DNA of 64,000 nt, taken from Piromyces finnis finn (taxonomy: Eukaryota; Fungi; Neocallimastigomycota). Positions 24,380-42,105 of this stretch are shown here, piece after piece. The position numbers and the translations under genes were made by a program. Numbering within the stretch: the stretch's first letter is position 1; each line of letters starts with the position of its first letter. The DNA lies in assembly GCA_002104945.1 (NCBI GenBank), contig MCFH01000011.1:434001-498000 (forward strand). Reading direction: 5' to 3'. Under the pieces are notes generated by a model, which saw only the letters and a list, made by a program, of their open reading frames with translations, made no database searches and had not been told where the DNA came from.

Positions 24380-25370
24380 CAGGAGAAGCAAAGTACGCAA
24401 AGTAGATCAAACGATGATTCTTGTAATAATTTTAAATATTAAGGATGACTTTTTTTTTTTTGGTTTGTTAAGCTTATTATTTTGTTTCGTATAGTTACCC
24501 TTTTTTTTTTTTTTTTTTTTTTTTTTTGTAGGAATCACAAAATTATATAGTTTATAAAATTTATAAAATAGTTTTGTGTATATTTTTATACATGTAGCTA
24601 TAATATTTATTTTTTCATGTAGGAATTAATTTATTCTTTATGGATCAATTTCATCCAAAAATCATTTATAAAAATTTTTTATATCATCAACAAAAGTTTT
24701 ATAATTATTATTTTTTTTTTATTATTATATACAAATATTTTTTCATATCTTGAACAATTTTTAATTTTTTTGGTGATGGCATCAAATTCAAGGACCTCGC
24801 TAGTTTCTTTCGTAGAGGTCCTGAGATGTTTTGAACCTGATAAGGATAAATAAATTTCTTAACCCATCCAACAACATCAGGGATTAGAGATTGGTTTACA
24901 GACAAGAGTTCTTTAAGACCTAAAAAGGTTCTGTTTTTCACTCTCTATCTTATTTATATAAAAATATTTACCTAAAAATCATTTGGTATACTACAGAATT
25001 AAAAAAAAAAAAAAAAAAAACTAGTATAAATCCACCTGTATCAATTACTTATTTAATTAATAATATTCAGACAATGTCATACTATTCTTGGGGGGAGAAG
25101 TCATATAAATTATTAGAAAGAATCTTATCAAAAGAAAACCTTATGTCAGACACCTGTTCAAACTTTTGTCCTTATCGTACTCAAAATTTGTTAAATAGAG
25201 AAATCAGTTCATTCATTTTGTATAATGATATCTTTACTAATTTTTATTATTAAAAAATACTTTAACATTCAAAATGATTCAAAAAAATGATTTTGAATAA
25301 AAAATTAACTCTTACAAATTGTGTCATCCTCTTAGAACGGGAATGCTATAAAAGGAGATACCAGTATTTA
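24380..25370. pseudogene. Degenerate coding relic (strand and identity unresolved)
   Basis: Patches of raised GC with protein-like reading interrupted by TGA/TAA. One stop-free 77-codon frame on the minus strand (24708-24941). Confidence 0.3.
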
Positions 25371-25835
25371 TATTAATTTTTTTTTTTTTAATAATAAATA
25401 TATAGGCAGTTATTTTTAAATAGGTTGGCCGTTATTCTTATGGAAATAAAAAATTTCTTTTTAATTATTTTGTTAATAAAATTAATATACACTAGCTTAA
25501 CGTGTATTTTCTAAAAAATAATCCATTTGTTTTTAAAAACTATCAAAAAAACCTTTTTTTGTGATTCATTCAACCTTTTTTTTTTTTTTTCTAATTATCA
25601 TAAATTTAAAATTTAATGAAATATATGAAATATATAAAATAATATGGAATATTAATTAAAAATAATAATCATAATAATAAAAAGTCATTATATTTAAAAA
25701 GACGCTTTAAAATTAATATAGTGTTGTGATATAATATTTTGTTTCTGGGCAAAACTTTTTTAATTGTAAAAAGTATAATTTCAAATAATCCCATTAAAAA
25801 AAGGGTTGAATCTGAAAATAGAATAGGATAGCAAT

Positions 25836-25875
<40 letters not shown>

Positions 25876-26058
25876 ACTCGATAAAAGAAATAAACAAAAA
25901 AGAATTAAAGTTTTAAGAATTTTATTTTAATTTTTTTTTTAAAAAAAAAATTCTTAAACTTTTTTAATCTTTTTGAAAATTATAATTATGTTTATCATTT
26001 TATTAAATATTCTTTTTTTACTCTTTAAAGTAATACTATTAATCTAATCACTTTATCC

Positions 26059-26196
26059 ATTAATAACTTACCACAACAACTACTAATAAAAATAAATAAT
26101 TTCAATTAATAACTTATCACAACAACTACTAATAAAAATAAGTAATTTCAATTAATAACTTATCACAACAATTACTAATAAAAATAAATAATTTCA
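26059..26196. repeat. Tandem repeat, 46-bp unit x3
   Basis: attaataacttaccacaacaactactaataaaaataaataatttca recurs at a 46-bp period. Confidence 0.9.
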
Positions 26197-26319
26197 AAGT
26201 TATAAAATTTACTAAATTAATAGACAATAATTAATAAAAATAAAATTTACTAATATTGTTTTTTTTTATTATAGCAATAGAACGGTCATTAAAAATAAGT
26301 TTATTTGCTTATTTTAATG

Positions 26320-26357
<38 letters not shown>

Positions 26358-27040
26358 CCCATGATTAAATCAATGAAATTGAATAAATATTTATCATATT
26401 TATATCCTATCTCCATTCATTATAACCTTTTATTTTCATAATAATTTAACTTTTTATACTAACTAGGTTTATTTTATTTTTTTAATATTAAAAGTTTTGT
26501 TAGTTCAACAAACAGAACTTTATTTCTTTTATTATTAGTAACCTTTTTTTTCCTCACCGTCATCTTTTACTATTATATAAACAAGGAATATAATATACCT
26601 TTTCTAAACCTTTTAAATAATTCATCAATTGAGTTATACCACTATCGCTATAAAAAAAAAAAAACTGTTCATACTCTAAAGTAATTACTATCATTATAAA
26701 TAATTATAATGATAATTTTTATATAAAAAATCCTTTTTTTTATTGTGTCATATGAATTTAATAAAAATTAAATTTATAATTTAAAAATTGATTTTAACCA
26801 GTTTTATAATAAAATATTCCTAGTTACAGCTGAAAGTATGATTGACTATAATCATTAGTATCATCATCATAAATAGTATTAACGTATTAACTATCCTTCA
26901 CTAGTATTATTATTTTTTAATATTAATAAATATAAATATAAATAAATACCTTTTTTTTTTTTTATAATAATATTTATTATTATTAGTTATGTATTCTTAA
27001 TTCTATATTATATCCTTACTATAATCATGATTATCATTAC

Positions 27041-27256
27041 TATTTAAAATTCAAAATCCTTTTTTTTTATTATCATATGTTATCATATGAAATAACCAAA
27101 ATTTTTTTTTAAAAAAATTGACATTTAAATTAATTCAATATATTAATATATTTAAAATTCAAAATCCTTTTTTTTTATTATCATATGTTATCATATGAAA
27201 TAACCAAAATTTTTTTTTAAAAAAATTGACATTTAAATTAATTCAATATATTAATA
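27041..27256. repeat. Tandem duplication, 108-bp unit x2
   Basis: tatttaaaattcaaaatcc...caatatattaata starts at 27041 and 27149. Confidence 0.9.
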
Positions 27257-27500
27257 TGACTACTAATATATTATTATATTTATTAATAAATTATTATTTA
27301 ATTTATATTATTTAATAATTCATTTTTGAATTACTCGTTGAAAATGGATTGGTTTAAAATTCATATAGATTTTTCCAAAAAAGGAATACAAAATAATTAA
27401 TTTATTTTGTAAAACTATTAAAAGTTTAATAGAATAAAATCTTTCATCTTTTTTTTTTTTTTTTTTTTTAAAAAAATATAATTATAAATATATTTATATT

Positions 27501-27580
27501 TACAATGTCTTGTTAATCTACAATGTCTTGTTAATCTACAATGCCTTGTTAATCATCAATTTCTTGTTAATCTACAATGT
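27501..27580. repeat. Minisatellite, 18-bp unit x~4
   Basis: tacaatgtcttgttaatc units with minor variants. Confidence 0.85.
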
Positions 27581-28555
27581 TTTTTTGGATGATGCTTTAA
27601 TTTTTTATAAATTATTTGATATGAAATATGAATAAGATCCTTTTATTAATAATTACATAAAATAGATTAAAATAGTCCTGTAATAACGTGACACTAAAAT
27701 CAATTGAGGTATGAATAAATTAAAGTGATACCATAGATTTATTTTTTTAATTGAAATAATAAAAGCAAAAAATTATAATTTTATGATATGGAAATGATTT
27801 CTTTTATTATTTTTATTTATAATATTTTATATTTTATTATATTTTTATTTTTTTATACTTTAAATTGTTCATTAAACAAACAAAATCAAAGTATTTTTAA
27901 TTTTTTTTGCTTCTCATTATGAATAGCCATAAATTACATACATTTAAAACTTTAATACATTAAATATCTCCCTAAATAAAAAAGGAAATAGTATCGAGTT
28001 ACAAACCTATTACACTATAAATTATTATATTCTGTATATTGTAATACATTTTACAACATATTAAATAACCGCCGTTCATTATTTTATTTTTCAAAAAAAT
28101 TTTCCTACATAAATTAATTTTAAATTAAATTATACTAATTAAAGTTTAGTCATTAGTATTGTTGATATTTAGGATTGAAACCAGAACCAAGATTAGGGCT
28201 GGTTTTTTGTTAGAGAATTATAGAAAATAATAGGATTATTCATCATTTTTATATTATCCTACGAACATGGTTTTTTCCTTTTTTTTTAATTTATATAAAT
28301 TTGAAACATTTGTCATAAAAAATAAATGAATAAGAATTTACTAAATTCTATAAATTATAGATGAAATGCTTTTTATTGGTTCATTTTTCCATGATAAAAA
28401 AAAAAGTTTAAAAATTAGTAAAAACCTGTTTAATTAGTAAATATTTCATTATCATAATACCTATTTTATATATTTTAAATATTAGTTTTAAATATTAGAA
28501 TAGTAGTATAGACATACGATTAAAATTAAAAGGACGGCACAACATTATCATTATA

Positions 28556-28665
28556 ATATTCACAAGTTAAGGAATTCAACGAATTATACTATTTTATTAT
28601 ATTCACAAGTTAAGAAATTCAACGAATTATACTATTTTATTATATTCACAAGTTAAGAAATTCAA
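28556..28665. repeat. Tandem repeat, 43-bp unit x~2.6
   Basis: cacaagttaa(g/a)... recurs at 28561, 28604 and 28647. Confidence 0.85.
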
Positions 28666-30754
28666 TAAACCTTATTATCGTATTACATTTTCTACTTTTA
28701 TTATTCAATAAAAAAATAGTATTAAATCGTTTATTATTTTAATAGTTTTAATATATTGGAATAGTGTTGGAATTTTCTTTCTTTTAACCATTATCATAAG
28801 AAAAAAAAAATAAATATAAATAACAGGTAAAAACGAGAAAGGATGTGAATATAAAAAAGTGACATTCGTTATAAAAGAAAAGAAAAGGAATTTTATTTTT
28901 CTAAAGAAAAAACGTTTTTTTTTTTGGTATTTTTTATATAAAAAAAAAGCGAAAAAAAAGCGAAAAAAAAAAAAAATTTTTTTCTTTAAAACTATTAATT
29001 AAAATTAAAAAAAAATTTTTTTTTCTATTTAAATTATAAATACAAAAAAAGTTTTTTTTTTCTTTTTTCTTTAAAAAAAAATTAAAAAAAAACCAGAAAA
29101 AGCAAAGTTTTTTTTATTCAGAAAGTTAACAATAACAACGCCAAAAAAAAAACAAAAAAAAAAAAAAAAAAAAACTAATGATTTATTAGTTAAAAAAAAA
29201 ACGGCTTTAAACGTTGAAGTATTTTAACAAAAAAAAAAAAAAAAAAACGAAAATAAATAAAATTAAAAATTTATAAAAAAAAAACCAAATTAAAAGAATA
29301 TAATACTTTTACCAATTATTATTATTATTATTATAGAATAAAAACAAGAATAAAAATCATTTTATTAAAACAAAATACAAAAAATAAAGAAATTATATTT
29401 ATTATATATATGTTAAAAAGAATTCCAACAAAATAAACCCATCCATTTAATAGTTGTATTGAAATAAAAAAAATTCTTTTGAATAGTTTTTTGAAAATAT
29501 TAAAAATAAATCCAAATATTCCAATAGTTAATTCGAATTAAAAAAAAAAAAGTAAGCATTGACTGATTTTTAATAAATTTATATTTTTTTATTTATTTAT
29601 TCTAAAAGAGGACTTTGAATCATAAAAATAATGTATACATTAATGTTTAATGTATACATAATTTTTAAAATGTAAATGAAATGAAATTTTTGACTTTTTA
29701 AATTTGAAATAATTTTTTAATAGATTAAAATATATTAAAAAATTAATGAAATATAAATACAATTATATTATAGAATATATTGTGAAATATAAATAATATA
29801 AGAATAGAATAGAATTTGAATATATTATTAATATATTTTGGAAAAAAAGGTGATTTTTTAAAAAAAGAAAGTTAAAGAATAATAAAAAAAAAATGAATTT
29901 AAGTTTTTTTAAAAAAAAAAAAAAGTATCAACAAAATAGGAAGATATAAAATAAAGAAAAAATGCCTTCTTTTTTTTTTAGGAAATTTAATAAATTTAAA
30001 AGTGAGCCTATTATTATTTATTGTCCTAAAAAAATACTAAAGAAAAGTGTAAAGTACATCAATAGAATAAAATATAATAATGATAATAGGCTTGATGTAA
30101 AATAATGTCAAGTATAACCCCCTTATTTAATACTATTTAATTTAAAAAAAAAAAAAAGTTTTTAAAAACTTTATATATCCTTTAATAATAAATGTAAATA
30201 TTGATACACACATTGATAGGTTGTAATATTTATTAAAATGTAACGATTAAAATATAAAAAAAAGTCCTTTATTTACATAGCTATATATTGACATATATAT
30301 CTTTTTTTATTATATTAAATTTAACATGCTAACATTTTATATATATATATAAATTTTTTTTTTTAATAGTTTATTCGTATACTAAATTCATAAAACTCTT
30401 ATTTATTTTAATATCATTAACCAATACAAAGAAGAAAAAGAATTTTTAACATTGATACACACTAAAAAGCCTTTTGTGAATTAAAATCCATATTTAATTT
30501 ATTTAAATTTTGTTTGTCACTTTATTTATTAAAGAAAAGAAGAAGAAAAAAAACTTTAGAATACTCTTTACTATTAAAAGTTCAATATTTATAAAAAATT
30601 TTTGAATTAAAAAAAAAATAAATTTGGTTTTGATAACCTTTTAAAATATACCTAAATATTCAATACACACTTATTGTCTTGTGATATCGGAATATTGGAA
30701 ATATACACTTTTTTTTTTTTTGTAGACTTTAAAAATTAATTTAATATCAACACC

Positions 30755-31475
30755 ATGAAGTTCAAGGATAGAATATATTTACTTCTCTCTTACACAAATG
30801 CAACGGATATTAAAACAAAATATCCAAATTTCAAAACGATATTGTTATTAAACGTTTTTGGTGTTCTACTTTATTTTGTTATACCTACATTTTTAGCTAA
30901 AGCAATATTTACACTGATATTAATAGCTATTAACCTTTTATTTAAAGAAGTTAGAGGAATTGTTATTACATTTATACCAATTATGTTATGTAAGTAAAAA
31001 TAACAAGATTAGAAAAAAAATTTTTTTTTATACTTTATAATTAGAGAGAAAAAAAATTCAAAGAAAAAAAAAAGTGTTGTAAAAAAAATTTAATGAAAAA
31101 AAATATTTATAATTAAATATATTTTTATATACAATTATGTATGTAAATATAGGGGTATTATTATTCGCTTCTGCAAAAGATATTCCTATGAGTTGGAGAA
31201 GACCAATTGATGTTTCTACATTGTATAGTTGGGAAAAAAAGCTTGGTTCTTTTTGCTTTAAATTAAATGATTATAATAATGTTTTTTTGGACTTATTAGC
31301 TTGGTTACCTTACGGTATCATTCACTATATAATGCCATTTTTAGTTGGTATCTATTTGATGCTTTTTTATAAACCAACTTATACCTCTGCTTATCTCTTC
31401 TTTTTTGGTATCATGAATGTCGCTGGTGTCATCACTCAACTTTTCTGGCCCACTTCACCACCATGTAAGTATCCT

Positions 31476-31507
<32 letters not shown>

Positions 31508-32469
31508 TAATAGTTTTCAATATAAAAATTTGTTGTAGTCTTGAATGATTTTAGAATTAATATCATTCATTATAAAATCATCATTTTATCCTGAAATGAT
31601 TTTTGAAATGGAAGAGGATAGATATAAAAAATTGTTTAACAATAAAAATTAAATAATTGATTTTTAATATATATATTTTGCTTTATTCCCCTTTATTTTT
31701 TTTTTTTTTTCACATAGGGTATTACTTAAAAAATAAAACAAACCCAGCAGATTATTCTATGCATGGTGATCCAGCAGGTCTTCAAAGAATCGATGATTTA
31801 TTCCATATTAGCTTCTATAATCCAACTTTTACTGGAAATCCACTTCCATGGGGTGCATGGCCTTCCTTACATTCAGGCTTTGCTTCTTACTCAGCTGTAT
31901 TCCTTACTTACCTTTATCCAAAAATTGGTCCTTTCTTTTTCATTTATGTTGCATGGATTTGGTGGGCTACTATGTATCTCGGTCATCATTATTTAGTTGA
32001 CCTTATTGGTGGTTTTGTTTATGCATTTGTCAGTGCTCTTGGTGCAGTTATTTATCTTCAAATAAAGAAACCACACCACAAGGATTACGCAGAATTAAAA
32101 TCTATTATGGTTCAAGAATATGATTACAAATTATTGGCTAATGGAATTAATAATAAAGGAATGTATGGTAAGGGAGAATTGTCAGAATCTGTAAAAAAAC
32201 TTTTAGGTGAAAGTTCTGGAACAATAAATATATTAAATGATGGTGAAGAAAGTAGTATATCAAATGATCAAAATACTGCTGTAAATGATAAAAGACAACC
32301 TAATGAACATATTGTGGTTATTGATCATCAAAACTCTTTGAATATACCAAATGATCAAAACATGGATAGATTAAGTATGATTTCAAATATAGATAAGGAT
32401 TCTTCATTGGATTATCAAACAAGTATGAAAGATAGTCATATTGATATTACAAATGCAAATTATATTTAA
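30755..32469 (+). CDS. AUR1: Inositol phosphorylceramide synthase, join(30755..30989,31153..31464,31718..32469), 432 aa
   Basis: The splice model restores FIPIMLWVLLF...WRRPIDV, LDLLAWLPYGIIHY, SPPWY, MHGDPAGLQRID, AWPSLHSG and TMYLGHHYLVDLIGG (Aur1 catalytic His/His/Asp). All introns are GTAAGT...AG. Confidence 0.93.
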
Positions 32470-34434
32470 AAGAATTTTTTTTTATTTTCATGATTATTAT
32501 TATTATTAATTTTATATATATATATTTTTTTGGAATTTTAAAACAATTTATATTCAATATATATATAATATAACACATAATATTATTTCAATTTATTATA
32601 TTATTCTTTCTTTTATTATTATTCTATTATTTATTTTTTTTTATGTATAATTATTTTTTTTTTTTTTTCAATTTTTGAATAATGATTACTATCCTTTTTT
32701 TTTTTTTTTTTTCAATTATTATATTAATTATATATATATATATCTTATTTCATTTAAAAATATTAATCATTTTTTTCTTTTATTTTAATTCCTATTATAA
32801 TGATTTAGATAAATAAAAAATTAGTAGTAGTAGAATGGAAAGAAAAGAAAGAAAATAGAGAATAGAAAAAAAAAAAAAAAATTGGAAAAATAGAAAAAAT
32901 AGAAAAAAATGAAATAGATAAATATAAATCAAATCAAATAGAATAATAATAATTTTGAAGAAGAAGAAAAAAATAATGATTGATAATAATAATAATTAAA
33001 AAAAAAAATAATAATAATAATAATATAGAACAAAAAATCCAAAATATAAAAAAAAAAAATAGAAAATAAATAAGAAGGAAAAAAAAAAAATAGTTATAAA
33101 AAACATTTTTTTATTCATTCAACAAGAAACTTCCCTATTTTTTTTTTTTTTTTTGGAAATATAAAAGAAATAAAAAAAAAAAAAATCAATATCATATTTC
33201 ATCTTTTTTTTAAAAGTTACCTATTGACGTTGAATATAAACTTTATTAGTTTCAACTAGATAATTCAAGTAATATTGGAATATAAAATTCATTAGTATTA
33301 ATAAAAGCAATATAATTTGAAAATTTAAAAAAGAAAAAGTGGAATATTGATTTTTATTTAGAATGGAATTAAAATGGATTTTTTTTTTTTTTTTTAAGAA
33401 AAAAAAGTATGGAATAGTGGATATTTATTATCTATATATAGATTTTAATGTAATGGAATAAAAAAAAAAATAAGGAGAAAGAGAAAAAATTAAAAGTGGA
33501 ATGAGATTTTTACTATTTTTTCTATCCTTATAATAATTTAATTTTATTTTATTTTTATAAAGGATTTGAGAAAAGAAATCTATCAAAAGTCATTAAAAAC
33601 GATCAATTATTGGATTTATTCATTAATAATATATATTTAAAAAAAAAAAAAAAAAAATTTTTTTATATATTCTATAAAATAGCTGATTTATATTATTTCT
33701 TTTTTTTTTTATAATTTATTAATTAAATATATATAATTTTTACAATTAATTTTTCTTTTTTTCTTTCTTCATTCTTTCTCTTTTTTTTTTTTCTCTTCTT
33801 TCTTCTTTTTAATATAGAATTAGAGAAAGAATAAAAAAAAAAAAATTATTAAATATTATTAAATAGGCATCAAGATTTTATTTATATATTTATTATTAAA
33901 AAAAAAAAATTTAACAATAGAAACAACTATAATAACTTAGACACAACTTTTTAATTTAAAATGTAATTATTTTAATTCAATTATTTCATTTTTAAAATAT
34001 TCATTCATTCTTTGATAAATTCAAATTTTTTTATATTATTTTATTCGAATTCATCATTATATTAATTTAAAATAAAAAAAAAAAAAAAAAAAAACATCAA
34101 CAGAAATATATTTAAAAAATAGTAAAAAAATAAAAGGTTTTTATATTGAGTACAATAAATTATTCAATAGAACATTTATATTATTACTAATTTTGTTTTG
34201 AAAAAAAAAATAATAATAATAATAATTTGGATATATCTATGATTGTGTTTAATAAAAATTGGTATTTATTTATTTATTTTTTTTATAAAAATGGTAATAT
34301 AATGTGGTTTTATATTAATATTTTTTCTTCTCCCAATAAAATAATTTCTTAAAGGTAAATTCTAACGTATCACTGTAACACTTTTATAATTATTAAATAA
34401 ATGTAAAATCCATCCGCCATTTTTATTCTTTGCA

Positions 34435-34622
34435 ATACTTTTAATCCTGTTGGCTAAGATCAAATGTAAAAGTATTTGTTCTTTTCAGTGACAACTGAAA
34501 GGAGTTTTTTTAATGCTTCTTGGTTGTCTTACTTATTATTAAGATCAGTTGAAGCATCCTTTAGTATGCAAAAAATGCTTCAACCAGCATTTTACCACCA
34601 CTGATGTTCCTAGTTCCCGAGT
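34435..34622 (+). ncRNA. U2: U2 snRNA homologue (divergent variant or pseudogene), about 188 nt
   Basis: TGGCTAAGATCAA...GTAT.TGTTCTTTTCAGTGACAACTGAAA aligns to U2. Stem IIa TTTCAG/CTGAAA, IIc GACAAC/GTTGTC and stem III GTTGAAGCAT/ATGCTTCAAC are intact. The branch-recognition, Sm and loop IV motifs are altered. Confidence 0.85.
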
Positions 34623-35208
34623 TTTATTATATAAATATTTTTTATTAAAAAATACCATAATAATAAAGCCATTAGTAAATTTTATAAATAATAAAATATA
34701 GGTGAAAAGAAATGATAAAATATAAAGTTTGCCTATTAAAAAAAAAAGATTTTTTTTAACATTTATAATAAAAGAAGAAATTAATATTAAAAATTTATAA
34801 TTATTTATAAAAATGTAAAGTATAAAAGTTGGTAATAATACTTTTTTTTTTTTTTACCATTAATACAAATTATAATACAAATCATAATTTTTGTATTATA
34901 ATTTGACTATTTTTTATTGTATTTTAAAAAAAAAATATTTTTATTAAATATTTTAGTTATTAATCTACTTTTAATATTTATTTTATTAAATTTTTAATAA
35001 AATCCTCTAAAGGAAGTTGCTATGGATTAATTCATCAAATAAATATTATAGAGTATAAAAAAAAATGCTATCTATTAATATGTTAATGAAATAATAATTT
35101 TTATGATATATTTCAAAAAGTGTTAAACGTCTAATACTTTAAATATTCTATTATTTATTTATTTATAGGGGAATAGGAAAAAAAAAAAAAACGAAAATTT
35201 ATTTGTGA

Positions 35209-35212
<4 letters not shown>

Positions 35213-35249
<37 letters not shown>

Positions 35250-35266
35250 TAATTATTATTATTCTA

Positions 35267-35326
<60 letters not shown>
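35213..35326. repeat. (TAT)n microsatellite
   Basis: Long ATT run with two attcta interruptions, just beyond the stop of the minus-strand gene. Confidence 0.95.
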
Positions 35327-35335
35327 TAAATAAAA

Positions 35336-39902
<4,567 letters not shown>

Positions 39903-40560
39903 TCCTCTAAAAACAGTTATTATAATAACAGTTTATTTTATTTGGCGTATTCTATATATTCTATATAATTTTTTTTTTAGAATATATAAATTTAAGAGTA
40001 ATTTATCTAGGGTCTTATATTTTTAAATAAAATGAATGAAAGATTTTTATTTTTTGGTTATATCTTTTTATTATTTTTTAAAATATATTAAAATTTTAAT
40101 TATAATTATTAAAAAATTTTTTTTTTTTTTTTGCTGCTTTCATTTTGTAAGTTAATTATATATTTAATTTTATTAATAGCTTTTCCACAAAAATTGTTTT
40201 TTATTTATTTATTTATTAAATATTTTTTATTTCTTTTTATATATTCTCTTTCTTTTTTTTTTCTTTTTTTTTTTTTATTATAGGATTTTAAACTTTATAA
40301 AGTATTTAAACAATTCATAATTTTAAAATTTTCATATTCAAAGGTTATAATTAATTAATTTTATAATTAATTATTTTTTTTAAAAAAATCTTGGATATTA
40401 AAAAAATATAAAAGAAAAATATTAAAAAGAATAATTTTTAACCAATCATTTTTTATAAAATTAAACATCTTTAACTTTTTGAAAATTTTAAATTTTTTTT
40501 TTTTTTTTTGATAATTATAGAGAAATTGAAAAGACAATTTTGAAATTTTTAAATCAAAAG

Positions 40561-42105
40561 ATGGCAGATAATAAGGATAAACCACGTTTAATTGTTATTT
40601 TAGAAGGTGCAACTCTCGAAACTGTTAAAATTGGAAAATCAAAAGAAGGAAGATATAATTTATTAAATTGTGGTAAATATTACTCAAACTCTTAACAGAG
40701 AAAAATAAAAAAAAAAAAAAGAAAAAAATCAATTATTTTTAGTGGTCAATATTTGTATTTCTTCCTCTCCTTCTTTTATATATATATATAGATAGATTTC
40801 CTTTTTAAATCAAAATATAATAAGAATAATTAATATAAAACGAGAATGAAATTTTATTTTTTAAATTTAAATTTCTTGAATAAATTTTAAAATTTAAAAC
40901 TCGAGGCAAATGAAATTCAAAGTTATTTCATCATTTATTAAAAATAAATATTTTTTTTTATTGAAAATATAATAGATGATCACCAAGGTATTTTAAAAAA
41001 GAACAAAAAAGAAATTTCAGATTACAGACCAGATATTACTCATCAAGTACATATATACTTAATATGATTTATACATTATAATATTATAAAAAAAAAAAAA
41101 AAAAATTAAAAATATTGTAAAAATTATATACTTTGTCAATTTCTAATAAATTATTTTTTTTTCGATATTTTAATAATTTTAATTTTAAATCGAACTTTAT
41201 TCAAATCAAATAGTGTTTAATGTCATTGTTAGATAGTCCTTTAAATAAAGCTGGTAGATTACAAGTATACGTTCACACCGCAAAGAATGTTTTAATTGAA
41301 TTTGATCCAAGAGTTCGTATTCCAAGAACTTACAAGAGATTTGCTGGTTTAATGGGTATATAATATAATATTTTAATTTTAGTTGAATAAATTTTTTTAG
41401 ATTTGTATTGTTAAGTATTATAAATATTAATGGTTATATATATTAAATAATATTTTTTTATGTTTTTAAAAATACAACAAATTTCAAATTTAATTTCAAA
41501 AATTTTTATATATTAATTATCAATATTAACTCAAAACATAATTATTTAATGGAAATTATTAAAAACCAAATACTTAACCACGCATTAAAAAAAAAAAAAA
41601 CACTAGTCCAATTGTTACATAAATTAGTTATTCGTTCTGTTGACGGTAAAAAATTAATTAAAGTTATTAAAAATCCAATTACTGACCATCTTCCACCAAA
41701 TTGTAGAAAAATTAGTAAGTAAAGAAAAAAAAATTATATTTATATATTGTTATTTTAATGAAAATAAAAATAGATAGAAATAAATGTTATAAAAATATAT
41801 TGTAATAATAATAATAATAATAATAATAACTGGAATAACTATTAATAAATTAAAAAAATTTTTTTTTACTAATAAAAGCTATGTCCGATGAAGTTGATGC
41901 CCCAGTTAAATTAAGTGAATATTTACCAACTTTACCAGAAGATCAATCTGTTGCCTTCTTCATTGGTGCTATTGCTCATGGTAAAGATGATTGGGTAGAT
42001 GATATTATTGATGAAAAAATATCTGTTAGTAATTACGCTCTCTCTGCATCCGTTACATGCAGTAAATTGTGTAATGGGTTTGAAGATTTCTGGGGTATTA
42101 TATAA
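40561..42105 (+). CDS. EMG1: 18S rRNA pseudouridine methyltransferase Emg1/Nep1, join(40561..40672,40976..41046,41214..41355,41607..41714,41879..42105), 219 aa
   Basis: Spliced product contains [77 protein letters not shown] and [15 protein letters not shown]. Phases are consistent across four GT-AG introns. Confidence 0.95.

Noticed and set aside
26059-28665. CRISPR-like periodic repeats
   Set aside because: Head-to-tail duplications without unique spacers, in a eukaryotic context with no cas genes.
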